Assembly: GCF_026571515.1 (NCBI RefSeq)
Contig: NW_026852705.1
Span: 186,001 to 250,000, forward strand
Direction of reading: 5' to 3'
Origin: Ruditapes philippinarum
Lineage: Eukaryota
Length of the DNA: 64,000 bases
In this document: in pieces, positions 1 through 13,250 of the stretch
Numbering within the stretch: position 1 is the first letter of the stretch
How the letters are laid out: each line of letters opens with the position of its first letter
Translations under genes and position numbers: made by a program
The notes under the pieces: model-generated
Told to the model about the DNA's origin: nothing
Seen by the model: only the letters and a program-made list of their open reading frames with translations
Databases searched by the model: none

Positions 1-3000
1 GCAGAAGGTCGTAGATGTTTAGCAGTATGATTGGGCATAATCGTGTGCTTTGTCCATTGGTACACACTTACAATGGACCACACATCACCAACTTCGAGTA
101 CAGATTTTGGAAGAGACAATGTTAGAATGTACAAGTTATTGTCATTTATACTTAGAATGTTAGCTACTCCTGATTTATATTTTGAATTGATCTTATGAGA
201 CAATTTTTTCACTCGTAGTTCCATGTTTTCATCGGAGTCATTTATACAGCTCATACATTCATACTGTTCCACTGATACATTAGTGAGTGCATCTACAAAT
301 CCTTCTGTGTCTTTGTGGCTGAAATTAGAAAGAAAACAATATATATAAAGAGAAACATTTGTATTAATTCTAATAATCTACTTTTCTTCGGTAAAAAGTG
401 ATGTTATACAAAAGAATGTAATAAAATATAGTAAAAATGTTTCTGTTGCCAAAGTCATTTATTTCAAAACATTTTATCACCTTAATTTAAGAATAAAGAT
501 GAAGATTAAGACGAAAAAATAAATAAAATGGTGAAGACAATGAATTTGAAATTGTTAGGTCAATTAAATGATCAGTAACGGACAAATATGTTTGTTTGAA
601 AATCAGACTGCCATGGCCAGATACTGTACAGAATTTAGCTACACACAATTTTGAGACTTTTTCCCTTTAGTCAAGCTCAAATCCTATCATGAATCCTATC
701 ATGACCAATAATTCTAAACTTAGTAAATGACACTTAAATTTCTCTTTGCACTTTCTATAAAGACTTTAGTAATGATTCAATAATGATTTTATTTTTTAAT
801 TTCTAATTACAAATGAAATTATTTACATGAGCCACAAACCCCTATCCAATTTTTTTTCTTCTCTTTTTTTTGAAATGGGTTGATATAGTTTTTCTAAATA
901 CATACCATATGTAATATATATAAATATAAAACCTTTTTTGAACCAAGCATAAGATGTAAGCTAAATGTATCTATATAAAACACATTAAACAGACAAGAGT
1001 TAGCAAGCCAACCCTGCTTATTGCATTGGCCACATAACCCACCTAAGTTTACTGGCTAAATTCCACATAATATAGGGCATGTGTTTATCTTGCAGTCCCT
1101 TCTTATTATAGCCTTTAGGCCAAAGGAGACAAGTTTCTTCCGAATACCCGACTTCTCTGCAAATGGTTTTTAAATCTGCCGCTTCTAATTTGCTGGGAAT
1201 GATAATATGAAACCCTAAAAAGAAGTGAACATAACAATGAACATAAATGCAACAGAAACATATACTGGCCTCAGGGTTATAAAGCTTTTTTCTGAGTTCA
1301 GCCTCAAATCTAAGGATTTTCATTGGTCAGTGTACATTTTGAGCTTGCTTTTGACCCATCAAATACTGGAGATCTGAGTTGGAGCTTAGAAAATTTCTTT
1401 ATAACCTTGGAGCCTGGCGTAAGTTTATAGAACTTCATTCTTAAAGACCAGTGTTACAATCATGCTGTTTGATTGCCTGTTTGAAATAATAATATGTGAA
1501 TTGACACCAACTTCAGTAAATTCATTTAACTCTGATGGTTTTATTATGCGAGGATGCATATAGGTGCCACTTTGTCCATCAATCTGTCTGTTTGTTTTTC
1601 CTGAAATTTTGTCATAATATGTTGTTTTCAAAGAAGTGCTGCTTAGAATTAGACTATACACGTATAGTTTTTCCAAACCAAATCACAAAACATTTGGCAA
1701 GCCATATCATTAAACTTCACACCTAATCTATATCTCTTTAGAGTTAAGAAATTGCTGTTTTTCATAGCCTATAGGGTTTCATATTCCACTCCAATAGAAT
1801 ATCATCAGCTAAACTGTGTCATTTTCCAGGAACTAAATAACACTATGTCAAAGAAAACTTGACAAGTCACAAGAATAACTTCATCTTTTGTGTAACAGTT
1901 TCCAACCTGTGATCTGACATGAAGCCTTTTCTTATTTGAGACTAAGCAATAAATCAAGTTACTTCACAGGGAAGGGCAAAATTTGACACCATGGTGATAA
2001 TTTGAAAATACTTGGTGTAATCTTATTATAAGATAATGCACACCGAATATCTAAGCTTTAGGCCTTGGACAAGATGATTTTTAAGATTTCCTTAAATATG
2101 TGAGCTAAAAATATGACCTTTAGCAAACCAAGTGACCTCTAAGCAGGACCAATTTTGACACTTGGGTCATGACCTAACCAAGATGATTTTCAATGATACA
2201 GAAAGAAAGTTACCACACAAAATAAATGTCATGTTTTTGGACAAATAGAAATCATTTTAATAATCTTGGTAGATTGTCATTCACTCCTGTGAAATAAAAT
2301 AAAAATAAAAAAAAACAAGTTTAAAAAAAGAGTTTAAAAGTTTTCCCTTTGTACACAATAAAATAGAACATCATAAGGCAAATAGACCACACCTACTTGC
2401 AGTTTATCATTTTAAAGAATATATATTTTTTTGAATAATCTACTAGGAAATACTACATGAAAACACCTAAATATCTCAAATGGACTTGTCCATATTTCAA
2501 TGTGGTCAAGACCATCCATCACTTTTGATAAAATAGCAAACAGTGCAGACCTGATCAGGGTCAGTAATTTTATAGTTGACCTTGAATTTGTCAAGAAAAT
2601 GTTTCTGATATCATATTCTAAAATTATGCAAAGTTTCAAGGAATTTTATCATGTAGTTTTCAAGTTTATATGTAAATTTAGCACACGCTTTGAAATAAAG
2701 CTTAATAACTTGACCTTGAGGTCATTTTAGGGTGAAGGTCATATTTGAAAATGTTGGTTCTGTTATAAGTGTAATTTTTTCCAAGTATTTATCAAATCTT
2801 TAAAATAATATCAAAGATATTTCAATCTAAGCAAAATTCAATAATTTGACCTTCAGAGTCAAGGTCATCAAACTGGAAAAATTCAACACGCTGGTTTTGT
2901 CATAAGTGTTGTTTTGTCTAAGTATACATAAATTTATATAAATAATGATGGGAAATATTTTTCTAAGATTTGTGTACCATTTCATGTAAGTCTGGACCAA

Positions 3001-6000
3001 TAACGTGTGTGCAAATTTTCGGATCATTCTACCAGCCTGATTCTCCGGAATAAGCATTTCTATAGTGCAAAATGATTTTATCATGAAAAGCCTTGCAACG
3101 CTTTTTACTCTATTCGGCTAAAAACCGCACAAAAATTTATGTTCAATTTATTAATTCTGAGTATCTTCATAGTTTTTATTTTATTTTAAGGCTTCACTTG
3201 AGCTGTACAAGGATTTCACATTTTATGTTTTAGGCTTTTTGACCTAAGTTTCTGTTTATTATATACTTTTTCTCTTTTTAGACATTAAAATTTGAAAGAC
3301 TTTTGCATTGGTTGAGTTTAGAAGAAAGTAGTTCACCAGTGACAATATGGAAAATATGTTTCACTACAGTAAAAAATAAATGTTTATGGTGAAAATATAT
3401 AAAATGAGAATACACATTTTTTTCATCAATACTTCATTTATAAGTCTATAATAAAAAATATTATCTGTGTGCTGCCAATAGAATAAATTCTACATGAATG
3501 TTAAGCTTGACATACTAGGCTACGTTTATTAGTGAATACATGTATATATTTTATTAGTGAATAAAGAACAATCCTCATGAATCTGTCCTCTTTAAAGATA
3601 CAGAGTTACTTCCCTTTAAAAGAAATTAACTTCATCATAACAGTATTTCCCCATAAAATATGATTTTTATATCATATAAAATTTGTACAGTTAGTTACAT
3701 ACATGTACAAGTCTATAGAAACTAAGTAGCTAAGTATGGTACAGACACAGTATCTGTACAAATTTAGTTAAAATTTCCTAAACAATGCTACATGAAAAGT
3801 AAGACGCCTCTAGGCCTTATGAAGTTTGACAAGAATAATTTTTAAATTTCTTGCTATATATGTATTTATAAAGGTAGTGAGGCCCAGAGTGGGGTGGACT
3901 TCACAATAATCTAAACAAGTTTTATAGATGACCACTTAATGATGTTATATTTCAAATATTAAATCTGTTGGTCTTATGAAGATTTATCATTTGATTTAAT
4001 ACCTTGTATTTTAAGTCACATCAACACTGTAAAGGCTGCAGACTTTTTAGTCTTACTGGGGAGGTAAATCTTGTGTATCCCATAGTGCATTACATCAGGC
4101 AGGAGCCAGCAGAAAGAGTAGAACCACCAGCCTTCTATAACCTAGCTGGATAGCATTATTGTATGGGATTTGAACCTACAGTGATGAAGGGCAAGTGATT
4201 TGAAATAAGCAACTTAACCATTCAGCCAGAAAGGCCACTGAAAGGGCTTCAAGCAAGACAGATTTTTGCCAAGTTTCATCAGGAAGAGATTTTGTTGAAA
4301 GGAAAGTGTCAACAATTGTAAGACGGACATAGTGCAGTCCATATAGCTCCCTCTGCCACTTTGTGCCAGGTGAGCTTACAACACTGAGTGACTGACTTTA
4401 AACAAGAATAATACTGAACATATAAATATAACCTTAAACAAATAACTACATCAATGACCAAACAAAAATAAAACTGAACAATCTCTTTATACATTAAAAA
4501 CTTTACTCCAAAATTCATTTGAAAACAAGAGGCACAAATAAGCCTATATCACTCACCTAAATAATTGAAAAATTGTAAATAAAATTCCAAATCGACCATT
4601 TTTTTCACAAAAGGCCTTGAGATGACATACCTTTTGCAGTGGTTATTAAATATGATATATCAAATAACTTTCCGGTCTTTTTAGTTTAATTTAAGAACAA
4701 TTTCAAAATCTATAATGTTTAAATAATATTGATCCTTGGAGTAGGGTTTATACCATTTTTGTAGGACCACCCAGTCTGAATTATGTATCATAATTAGACA
4801 AAATCTTCTTGTTCACTTGTCATGCTGTGGCACCTTAATATCATTTAACTAAGATTCAGATCTTGAACTTGAAAAAGACCAAACACTAAATTTAAAATTG
4901 GAATTTAAGTTTCACTGTGAAGAATATCTTCAATTGTTCTCATTTTTTCATGTTGTTCTTTTTTTTCCTTGCTAAGTCATTTCTTTGAAACTTCAAAACT
5001 GAATAAGTCAAACGGTAACCTTCAAGTTTTACTAGTAGAAGACATTTGTACATGATATAAGGCACACCACAGCCTTAGGGGCCAGTGATTTGAAGTCGGA
5101 GACCTTAACCACTCAGCCATGGAGGTAAACATGGTGCTCAATAGTGCATGCATAGTTTAATGGATGACAACCATCTATAGCACATATGGATTAAGCACAT
5201 ATGGATATCATATCAATAACTTAAGAATGTTTTAATTAACAGTTTGATCTATAGTCAAAGACATACAATGGCACATGCTTTCATCCGCAAAATGTTGATG
5301 CTCATCTACACTGCTGTTTGGAAGTTGGAGGAGCCATAACATAGGAGTCATAAGTCAGGACATTTTCTTTGAAACAATTTTTTTTCTTAGTTTTGGTCTT
5401 GAAAAAGGACTGTCTATCAAGCACAACTGGGGCTATTGACTTGATATATCCTTAGATAATGGAAAGCCATTAAGATCTTGCTATGGAGGACTGCTTACTG
5501 ATTCCTACATTTTAAGTTATATGTGTGAAAATTACAAATGCATAACACTGTACAGTTTTTCTAATTTTCTGCACAAACATGATAATAAACAGATTTTTTT
5601 TTTATATATATTTCTCCAAGTCACCTGATCAGAATCTACTCAGTGATTTGAAGGATACATGTATATAGTAATGGACAACACTGCTTCAGGACATCAGGAG
5701 ATCACAAGAGCTTTTTAGCAGTTGGCTAAAAAGAAAACAACTGTACTTGTTTATTATTTGTTACCATGTAAAACAATAAAACATAAATTAAAGGAACTCC
5801 TCTTAGGTCTAAATGCCTAAAAGTATTAATTTGAGTGTTTTATTTAGATCTATTGGGCGACCTAAACCAAAAAATATGCAAAAGATGATAAAAAATACAC
5901 ATAAAATAAAAAAAAATCTCACTTTTTAAAATATCGCAATTCTTAGCCAGATTCTAATTAGAAGCTTTAAAACACTTCATTTTTGGGTTATAATGCACAA

Positions 6001-9000
6001 CCAAAATAAACTTTCTGGATAAACAGTGAGCCAATGATCAGAAAGTTTGCATATAAGTAAATGGACCATACCTTTATCAAATGGTATACAAATCTCAAAG
6101 AAATATTTCCAATCCTGTTATGTCAAAAACCTTCAGTGGAGTCCCTTTAAGAGTACCGTATATAAAATAATTTCAAATGATAAGATAGAGCATATCGATT
6201 ACAATAATAATTAGAGTACATCTTATTTTTGTTTGGTTCATTTGAATCAAGAGTTGTAGCAAATAAACTTGGTACCTTCATCAATATTTCTAATCAAATG
6301 ACCATTCTCTGATAACTCTGATTCTATAGGACTATTGCTAGTGTTGAAGTCTTCAGTGACATCACCAAATGAATCGTGGCCGGAAGTCGCTGTTACCAAT
6401 GAATCATTTTGAGAACTTCCTGTCAAAGAATCGTCTTCATTCCCATTTTTTTTCCTGGTAAATAAACTTTGAAATTACAAGAACAACTCGCCACTTTTGT
6501 TCATGTGACTTTTTAAAATACGAGGAGTCAGCTAACATAGCCCATACTGGATAGTAACAGTGAAAAGTACTTGACAGGTGATACAAATACAGTGACAAAA
6601 TAATGTGACAGGCTGAAGAATATTTAATTACAGTGTAACTTCCGAATTCCGGAACTTCTGAAATCCGGAAACTTCTAAAAACCGAACATTTTTTTCGGTC
6701 CCGATTTTTTCCCTTCTATTTTCTATTAATATAATACTTCTGAATTCCGGAACTTCTAAATTCTGAATTCCGGACGATATTTTCATAAAATTAGAGTCAA
6801 ATCAATGCAATTTTACCTCTAAAAACCGGAAATATCCAAAGGTGTGAAATACATTGTAAACCCTGCAGGAAGATTTAATCTCCCTATCGATTGTTTACTA
6901 GTTAGCGGTGGTCGTGTAATTTGACACGCGTTAAAGTCACAAACTGTGAAATGGTATGTTTAAAGTGATGGGGTTAATCAAAGTAATTTACGGCGGTCAG
7001 TTAATTTGAAGTGTTTATTAGCGGATTAAATGACAATTAATTGGACAATGTATGCATCAAACGTCTTTAGGGATTTTATTGCATTTGATGTGATAATTAA
7101 TTAACTTGCAACGGACGATATGTAAGTTTATGCAATTAACAATATTTCTACAAACTGATAGAAATTCAAAAGCATTTGCAGGTAAGATAAAAAAGTATTC
7201 TTTTCATTCACATCTTTATCTTGATTAAAAGACTATTATATATGATATTACAGTAATGGTCACATCTTCCTTAACATTTAGTGATATTAAGTGGCTTACT
7301 CTTGTTCACATTATCATAAACCTCTGAATTCCGGAAACCTCTGAAATCCGAACTTTTTGACAAGTCCCATGGGTGTTCGGTTTTCGGAAGTTACACTGTA
7401 TACTTCTACTTAAATGTTTTGGCGGGAAAAATAAGGCATTGTAGGAATCAATAAACTTTTATTTATACCATTCATGGTTCAAAGATGGCTCAACCCTGGG
7501 ATTAGTATTAGCTCTGCTGTTTCCTAGAGAAAGTCAAGCATTAATGATTGATGGGTTGTCTTAGTCAAAGTCATTATCTTAGAATTTTTGTTAAATTGGT
7601 TATTGAATTTGAAAACAAGACAATCAAAGACAATAAACATATTGTTTGCAAAACATCTGTATGGGATGTGACTAAATGATTAGTGTTTCTAAAGTTATGC
7701 CCCTTTTTCTCATGGAAAATACTTAAACTTCTGTTCAACCACCCAAAAAAGATCCGCTGAAAATTATTAGTTTTTTCACTAACTTGTAAATTGTTTGAAA
7801 TTTGTACTGTTTTATAAAACCAACATAATGGCAATAAAAAAAATCTCCATGTTATGCACACATAAAAATTTTCATACATTACTTACAGGTTATTTTCTGT
7901 TTTATTTCGCTTCTGCAAAATTTTCAATTGTCTCTGAGTCTCGGACACTACTTCCTCCGATGTCATAGCAGGACTTGACATGCCTGACTCCCCCTCCTCC
8001 TTCTTCAATGGTTTGTCCTGGGAAGATGACGACTTGGATTTCTTTTTTGGTGGTTCACTATCAGACCCATTGCTGTCGTCATCATTATCATCATCATCGT
8101 CATCATCTGAATCACCACCATCATCACTTGATTCATTCTTACCAACAATATCATCCGCTGTACAAAAAAAAAAAAAAAAAACAAAGCCAGATAAAAAAAA
8201 TGTCCTGGGTTCATTAATGTGTAAGTTCTATCATACTGATATGAAAATTTAATATTTACTTGTATATTGTTTTCTCTTTTTGAAATTACCGTCTGGTTAC
8301 CAGTAATAGTTTATTTTTCAGTTATTTTATCTTATAAAAATATTCCATTCAGTTTCTTCATTCTTTAACATAGGCAAGAAAGGAAATTTAAACAAGAGAA
8401 CAGAATCTTCATAAATTTCGTACAATTAAAGAAAATCATATTTTAAACAATTTATAATAAAACAATTAGGGGTTACTGCTATACTCTTTAAAATATCTGC
8501 CCCTGAAAGTGATTTTTTTCACTCTTAAATGTCATTTTCATACTCAAATACTTTATTTATTTCATATCAAATTTTAATTTGTAGTCACTTCACAAATTTT
8601 TTAACAAATCTACCTAACAAAAATCTTGATTTGCTTCAATGAGTAAACAAACTGCACTTTTCTACAAAAAAGAGGCATAACTAGAGGAAAATTGTTATCA
8701 AAACTGTTTTACAAAAGAAACTATCATAGAATATTAAATAGGGATTGTCAGTAAATAATATAACAAATGTATTTGTGATCAAATAAAGTGTTGCTTGCCA
8801 CAGTTTTGAGTTATCTGCTCTTGAAAATGACCAAAACACAAGTATACAAATCCTATTCTCCCAAAACATCACACTGTATTAAAAAGAAACTTGAGTAATT
8901 AAAAGTACTAGTAAATGGAAATTACCACTCAAATTTTCTCTGTATCTATTTTCATGATCTTGGCAGCAAAAAACTCTGAAAAAAAAGTATGATTTATTTG

Positions 9001-11837
9001 ATGCATGACGATAAAAACACAAAACAAGAGCACCGCTAGGCGGAGCATTATATGCCCGAAAGTGTTTTTTTTTAGTAAGGATGAAGCATTTGTAAGACAT
9101 GGAATTCGCTGTTCATCCTATAAAATTTTACAGCTGTAGGTTGATTAATACTTAAATTCTTAATAATTACCTTAACCTTTGACCTTGTGACCCCAAAATC
9201 AATAGGGGTCTTCTACCTTATATGGACAATCATCCTAAGAAGTTTGAATATTGTGGGCCAATTGGAACTTTAATTATGCTCTAGAAACTGTTTTCAGTAT
9301 TAAGGTAAAAGTGACTTTGACCTTGTGACCCCAAAATCAATAGGGGTCTTCTACCCAATATGGATAATCATCTTATGAAGTTTGAATATTGTGGGCCAAA
9401 TGGAACTAACGTTATGCTCCGGAAACTATTTTTGGTTTTAAGGTAATTGTGACCTTGACCTTTGACCTAGTGACCCCAAAATCAATGGGGGTCTTTTGCC
9501 CAATATAGACAATCATCCTATGAAGTTTGAATATTGTGGGCCAAATGGAACTTAAGTTATGCTCCAGAAACTGTTTTCAGTTTTAAGAATATAGTGACCT
9601 TGACCCTTGACCTTTTGACCCCAAAATCAATAGGGGTCTTCTACCCAATATGGACAATCATCCTATGAAGTTTGAACACTGTGGGCCAAATGGAACTTAA
9701 GTTATGCTCTGGAAACTGTTTCCAGTATCAAGGTAATAGTGACCTTGACCTTTGACCTTGTGACCCCAAAATCAATAGGGGTCTTCTATCCAATATGGAC
9801 AATCATCCTATGAAGTTTGAACTTGTGGGTCAATTGGAACTTACGTTATGCTCCGGAAACTGTTTTCAGTATCAAAGTAATAGTGACCTTGACCTTTGAC
9901 CTTGTGACCCAAAAATCAATAGGGGTCTTTTACCCAATATGGACAATCATCCTATGAAGTTTGAACATTGTGGGTCGAATGGAACTTAAGTTATGCTCCG
10001 GAAACTGTTTTCAGTTTTAAGGTCATAGTGACCTTGACCTTTGACCTTGTGACCCCAAAATCAATAGGGGTCTTCTACCTAATATGGACAATCATCCTAT
10101 GAAGTTTGAACATTGTGGGTCAATTGGAAGTTAAGTTATGCTCCAGAAACTGTTTTCAGTTTTAAGGTCATAGTGACCTTGACCTTTGACCTTTTGACCC
10201 CAAAATCAATAGGGGTCTTCTACCCAATATGGGCAATCATCCTATGAAGTTTGAACATTGTGGGCCAAATGGAACTTAAGTTATGCTCCGGAAACCAAAT
10301 TGCTAACAGACGGACGGACGGAAGGACAGACAGACGGAAAAGTGGGTCACTTGGTAAAGTTCTACCATTGTTCAAAGGTCATTCCAAAGAAAAAACACTG
10401 CTGTCTACCTTTGAAAGCCACAGCATATGTCAAAATGCTTAAACAGAATCATGCCAACACTTTCAAATAACAATAATTAATTCTTTGACTTTTAGTTAAT
10501 TTTCTGAAACAAACTTACAAGAAAACTTTTTTATTTCACTGTAATACTGCTCTAGAAAATGATCCCTGCTCAGGTGAATGAAAGCAGTGTAAAAACACAC
10601 AATTAGAAACTTTTTATCTAGAAACTGTTATCAAAGAACAGAGGGTGTCTAGCACCAGTTTATGTAGCAATTCAGTCATACATATATGTGGAGACAATTG
10701 AAAATAGCTTTTGTTTTTCTTTACCCTAACCAACTCATTTATTATTATTCTCTCCACATGAATCACTTTATATGCCCAAGAAAAAACTTAGACATTATCA
10801 TTATATCATTCAATTATCTTAATTTGTCAAAGAAAACATCAGTGCCAAAGATTTCATAATCTTGTACTCTCTTTAATGAGTGAAACCTGAACATATTTTA
10901 TGGAAAAATCCTTTCTTTACAGTAAGCATGGACATGAAAACATCAACAAACCTGTATAAGATAACAACTTTGTCTCCAGCAGCTACTCTGTACCGTTTTG
11001 CCACTGTTTTTGGATTCATTGAGACACAAAGATAGTGAAATGTTTTTCGACATGATGCCCACGCACAACCAGATGTAGCTCCTTTCTTGTATTTCTTGTT
11101 TTTATCAACTTTACATAGTGCACATATCTGAATCATAACAAAAAGAATAATATTTCCATGAATTGTTAATACTTAAAATTTTCCTGTTAATTTTCTTACG
11201 ATTTGTGCTTTATTAAAATTTAAATTGCATACAACAAATATGCAATAATTTTCTCCAATGATACACACACCATTTTCTGACCATCACCAAGACCAGATGT
11301 GTTGCCAATTATCACTCTTGCGAATTAAAAAAAAAACTAAAGAAATCTGATACTATCATTCTTCCAACTTTTTTAACTGTTAAATGCAAAATACTTTAAT
11401 TAAGTATAATTTTTTATATTCATACCAGCCTGCTTCCCCTTTTAATTTCTTTGATAACCTCCTGCTTTTTAAATCCACCAAAACTATCTGTCTTATACTG
11501 TACCAAACATGCTGAATATTGCTGCAATATAAACAATATCATTTCAAACAGGAGAAAAGAGAAGTTTGGTCACATTCTATAGCTAAGTGATTTGTAAATT
11601 TTTCAATTTAAATAATCACATCAAACCATTACTTGATTTTTTGCTCAGAAAAGGTAAATATACATACATGTACATGCATGTAGAAAAATTAGCAATTATC
11701 AGCAAAAATAACTAACTTACCATACACTTGTGATGAGCACATACAACTTTCCCATCTGTTTTATCTTTATGTAAGGAACCACACACAGCCTCATTTTCAA
11801 CTCCACTGTGGCAAAAGCCACACTTGTTTTCTTCCAT
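1..11837 (-). CDS. Extended-PHD (C2HC pre-PHD + PHD, zf-HC5HC2H) finger protein, PHF6/PHF11/G2E3-like; multi-exon, 3' end beyond the window
   Basis: Phase-consistent exons 11837-11721 (MEENKCGFCHSGVENEAVCGSLHKDKTDGKVVCAHHKCM), 11521-11426 (QYSACLVQ..GFKKQEVIKEIKRGSRL), 11127-10952 (ICALC..GATSGCAWASCRKTFHYLC), 8975-8926 (VFCCQDH), 8157-7887 (poly-Asp acidic, PPKKKS), 6454-6276, ~1600-1477 (donor uncertain), 1192-1043 and 318-<1 (open to the edge). Cys/His spacing fits the ePHD family. Probable non-coding exon with a GTAAGT donor at ~13144. Confidence 0.85.
1265..1417. mobile_element. Small degenerate MITE
   Basis: Imperfect terminal inverted repeats ctggcctcagggttataaag ... ctttataaccttggagcctg. 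Confidence 0.45.
4005..4240 (-). mobile_element. Degenerate Meta-type SINE
   Basis: gtagaaccacc..ctagctggatagc..ggcaagtgatttgaa..cttaacca matches the intact copy at 57684-57966; another head fragment at ~5070-5125. Confidence 0.65.
5788..6149. mobile_element. Non-autonomous TTAA-flanked DNA transposon (Kolobok-like)
   Basis: ttaaaggaactcctcttaggt ... accttcagtggagtccctttaa inverted ends; same 3' end as the element at 30545-30897. Confidence 0.6.
6631..7398. mobile_element. Tc1/mariner (pogo/Tigger-like) MITE
   Basis: TA|cagtgtaacttccgaa ... ttcggaagttacactg|TA: TIRs with TA target duplication and subterminal ttccggaa repeats. Confidence 0.85.
9021..10345. mobile_element. pearl/HINE-like (non-autonomous Helentron-type) element with an internal ~145-bp satellite (8 units)
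   Basis: aaacaagagcaccgc..gcggagc terminus; ccccaaaatcaat motif at 9191, 9329, 9474, 9619, 9764, 9908, 10053 and 10198; followed by a (GACG/GACA)n microsatellite. Confidence 0.8.
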
Positions 11838-13139
11838 AACGACAACCTGAAATGTTTTACTTTATTTTTAATTATATATAAGTCTTTGTCAATGATCATG
11901 AATTTTCTTCAAAGTTTTACATTTATAAGGTCACAGGAAGTTGTTTTATGTTACAAAAAACTGAAAATCAGATATATAGTTTTAATAACTGTTTATACTA
12001 TGAAGATCTAGCCAAAATTTAGTGGACAAATACTATAACATTAATTTTTTGTTCTTTAACCAAAGAGTTTCATATTTTGATATCTTGCATCACTAAACAG
12101 ATTTTATACATTGTATGATTGGCACTCTGGTAAGCTGTCGCTAATGATACCTGCACAGATCATTAAACTCATTTAAACTTGTAATGTTCCTTTGTTATAA
12201 CAAACATTTGGATTATAAATTTGGCGAAATCTTAACAATAATGACATAATTGTATGATTTCATCAAATATTGTTAAAATGCACAATCTACATTGATGAGT
12301 AAAGATTACGTTTAAACAAATTATGAGAATCATTCCAACAGTTCTTTTGATCAAAAGTCTATATATATACAAGTAAGCTTTAACTCTGGGATCAGAAAAT
12401 AATTGTACATTGTAGAAAACATGTTTCTCTAAAATTCAATAGGAAATGCTTTTTTAATTAATATATATTTTTTACTTTACATTGTTTACAGTCTGTTGTT
12501 GACTTTTCTTTCTTGTTACTTCTTGTTAACAGTTAGTAATTCATGTTAAGAATTATCCTGTATTGTGTATATGTAACATACATGATGATAAGATAAAATT
12601 GAAAATAAATAATTAAATTATTTAAAAATTGGTCACGTTGAAGAGAATTAGAGAAATCTTCTAATCAATATCGAATTATCTAATCAATTGAAAATGACAT
12701 TTTATTGCAAGTTTAACAAAGCCAAAGCCTTTATAAATAATTATGTATTACTTAGGACGATATTGTTGATGCAATGATCACTAACTGCAAACTGGGTACG
12801 ATAATATTCAGTACAAAAGTGTCAGAAATGACAGCTACAATGATCACAATGGTTTAGCCAAAGCTTGTCAATGCATTATGTCTAATAACTATGGTATTTT
12901 CATCAGCGTGATTGGTACACTAGATTCTTTGCGAATCATGTCCATATTTAGCTCATTTCATCTTGATAATACTACTAACTGACACGGCCATTATCAAAGC
13001 TTTGAAGGGAACGAAACAAAACGAAAATTTGAAGACAGACGGCGCGTAATAAATGCATATTATTTGATTTAAAACGAATGCAAAACTAAAATTGATAAAT
13101 TATTCAATGTATTAAATCATGATCAGTCATGACAAATAA

Positions 13140-13250
13140 CTTACAACCGTAAATTAGCTGATTCCAATATGTAATTTTCTGATTTTTAAGACTGCAAATA
13201 AACCGGTGTCGTAAAAATAAACAATCGTGACAAATTGCAAATCAAGATGG
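13140..13250. promoter_or_regulatory. Compact bidirectional promoter (ePHD gene / coilin) with a YY1-like AAGATGGC motif over the coilin ATG
   Basis: Minus-strand donor (acttac) at 13139-13144 lies ~100 bp from the coilin ATG at 13247; sequence caagATGGCag. Confidence 0.55.

Noticed and set aside
7975-8252. His-rich and Ser-rich plus-strand ORFs
   Set aside because: Antisense shadows of the poly-Asp exon of the minus-strand ePHD gene.
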